Positions 20,066 to 21,707 of a stretch of 21,707 bases of DNA are shown here, piece by piece. The notes under the pieces are model-generated. The model did not search any database and was not told the DNA's origin. It was given only the letters and a program-made list of their open reading frames with translations. A program made the translations under genes and the position numbers. Source of the DNA: a candidate division WOR-3 bacterium (GTDB lineage: Bacteria > Hydrothermota > Tepidihabitantia > Tepidihabitantales > DTDR01); contig JBDRVN010000026.1 of NCBI GenBank assembly GCA_039801885.1, forward strand, positions 1 through 21,707, in the 5' to 3' direction. The number at the start of each line of letters is the position of its first letter. Within the stretch, counting starts at the first letter, position 1.

Positions 20066-21707
20066 AGACTAACAAATCGCCAACTTTTGGTTGAAAAATA
20101 TCCCTTATCAGTTAATTTTAATTCCGGAATAACCGGTAAAGCAAGAAAAGATAAGGTAATAAAAGGATTTTCTAATTGGCATCCTAATTTTTTTGTAAGG
20201 TTAAGTAATAAATTTAAAGAAGAAATAACTTCTTTTGCTTTTAAATCAGACATCAAACCAGCAATCTTCAAAGGCAAAAAACCAAGTATTTCTTTTTCAT
20301 TACTGACGACCAAGGCTCCTTGTTCTTCAATAATTTTATTTATTGCCAAAAAGATACTTTTGTCATCCGCACCACAGGCAATAATATGATGGGAATCATG
20401 GGCAACCGAAGCAGCAATTGCTCCCTCTTTCAAATTAAAACCAGTAACAAAACCAATGCCAATTTGGGGCTCTTTTTTATGCCGATTAATAACAACCAGT
20501 TTTAATATATCCCTTTCTTTATCACTTAAAACAAAATCATTTTCTATTTTAGGATAGGTTAAGAGCTCCTGGGTAATAATTTGATTAGGAATAATTTTGA
20601 TAACCCGTAATAAACGAGATCTGTTTCCAACAACCTTCAAAATATCTTCTTTTATCTTTTTTACTTTAATAGTCCTATAAACTTTTTTAGATAAATAGGA
20701 TTTGTAAGTTTCTTTTTTGATATCCAAAATTCTTTCATGATCCACAACCAGTTTACCATTTTTAATAAGATAAACTGTTTGGAAATCCTTTAAGTTATTC
20801 ACAAGATTTATATCAGCCTTATAACCCGGTGCCAGCAAGCCTAATCTTTTAAAACCAAAGAAATTTGCCGGATTAAAACTAACCATTCTCACTGCCCAAT
20901 GGACAGGAATATTATTATTAATTGCTTTTTTTAATATCCGGTTTAAATGACCTAAATTAATAAGTTCTTCCGGATGGATATCATCAGAAACAAATATTAA
21001 CCGGTCAATACAATCTGGTTTTATTATCTCTTTTAAATCCAAGAAATTTTTTGCTGCACTGCCTTCTCTTATCATTAGCCACATTCCTTTTTTCAATTTT
21101 TCTTTCGCTTCTTCTAAATTAGTTATCTCATGGTCAGAATAGATACCTGAAGAGAGATAGGCATTTAAACCTTTAGAAGAAAGTAGGGGAGAATGACCAT
21201 CGATTATCTTATTAAATTTTTCAGTATAATAAATCTTATTAATCAAATCTTTATCAAGATTAACAACGCCCAAAAAATTCATCACTTCGCCTAAGCCAAT
21301 TATTCTATTATTTTTAAGTAATTTACTAAAAGAGGAAAAAGAGATTTTAAAAGGCAAATCTTCAAAAGGTGTTGCCGGAATACAAGAAGGAAAATAGAAA
21401 TAAAAGGTGACTAATAAATTCTCACTCGCTTTTAAAAAATATCTTATACCATTAACTCCCAAAACATTGGTAATTTCGTGGGGGTCGCAGACACAAGTAG
21501 TAGTTCCGGAAAGCAAGGCATAATAACTAAACTCTGCCAAAGATAATAAAGAACTTTCAATATGGATATGGCTCTCAATAAATCCGGGCAGGGCATATAA
21601 ATTATCAGCATCAATTATCTTCTCGCCCTCTTGATACTCCTTGCCAATGCCACAGATATATTCATCATAAACTAAAATATTTGTCTCTTCAATTTCGCCG
21701 GTAAAGA
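20056..21707 (-). CDS. ade: Adenine deaminase, N-terminus beyond window
   Basis: The frame is open to the window end: FTGEIEETNILV...PGFIESHIHIESS (metal HxH), then DPHEI, GLGEVMN, DGHSP, SDHE, REGSAA and SVAHDSH. Confidence 0.93.
   Translation of the reverse strand, partial: FTGEIEETNILVYDEYICGIGKEYQEGEKIIDADNLYALPGFIESHIHIESSLLSLAEFSYYALLSGTTTCVCDPHEITNVLGVNGIRYFLKASENLLVTFYFYFPSCIPATPFEDLPFKISFSSFSKLLKNNRIIGLGEVMNFLGVVNLDKDLINKIYYTEKFNKIIDGHSPLLSSKGLNAYLSSGIYSDHEITNLEEAKEKLKKGMWLMIREGSAAKNFLDLKEIIKPDCIDRLIFVSDDIHPEELINLGHLNRILKKAINNNIPVHWAVRMVSFNPANFFGFKRLGLLAPGYKADINLVNNLKDFQTVYLIKNGKLVVDHERILDIKKETYKSYLSKKVYRTIKVKKIKEDILKVVGNRSRLLRVIKIIPNQIITQELLTYPKIENDFVLSDKERDILKLVVINRHKKEPQIGIGFVTGFNLKEGAIAASVAHDSHHIIACGADDKSIFLAINKIIEEQGALVVSNEKEILGFLPLKIAGLMSDLKAKEVISSLNLLLNLTKKLGCQLENPFITLSFLALPVIPELKLTDKGYFSTKSWRFVSLWS

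Noticed and set aside
21538-21540. TTG at 21540 as start of adenine deaminase
   Set aside because: The essential HIH metal motif lies upstream in the same open frame, so the gene starts beyond the window.

Overview
Strongly AT-rich (by eye roughly 25-30% GC), very compact bacterial chromosomal window with 18 supportable CDSs. I found no rRNA, tRNA, transposase or intact CRISPR array. Plus strand: a 5'-truncated hypothetical protein and a probable outer-membrane beta-barrel, an ~850 bp ORF-poor gap, and a DRG/OBG-like GTPase with a TGS domain. These are followed by a translationally coupled run: 928-aa DxxGxDxY-repeat/HEAT protein, HDAC-family deacetylase, glycosyltransferase, flippase, CE4 polysaccharide deacetylase and GT4. 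Next come a half-size UPF0016/GDT1 transporter (minus), divergent from His-type thi4 plus comEA, and a minus-strand run: adenine deaminase (truncated), TIGR00725/LOG-like protein, ptsH, ptsI, bifunctional PGI/PMI, sugar-phosphate nucleotidyltransferase, tgt. The most striking pattern is expression architecture. Each visible operon-leading gene has a TTGnnn-16/17-TAnnnT promoter ending 5-8 nt before its start codon (leaderless mRNA), and almost all internal genes overlap the previous stop codon. A consensus promoter also fires into the 'empty' 2735-3490 region. Gene content and very short signal peptides suggest a thermophilic, diderm candidate-phylum bacterium such as WOR-3; this is inference only.
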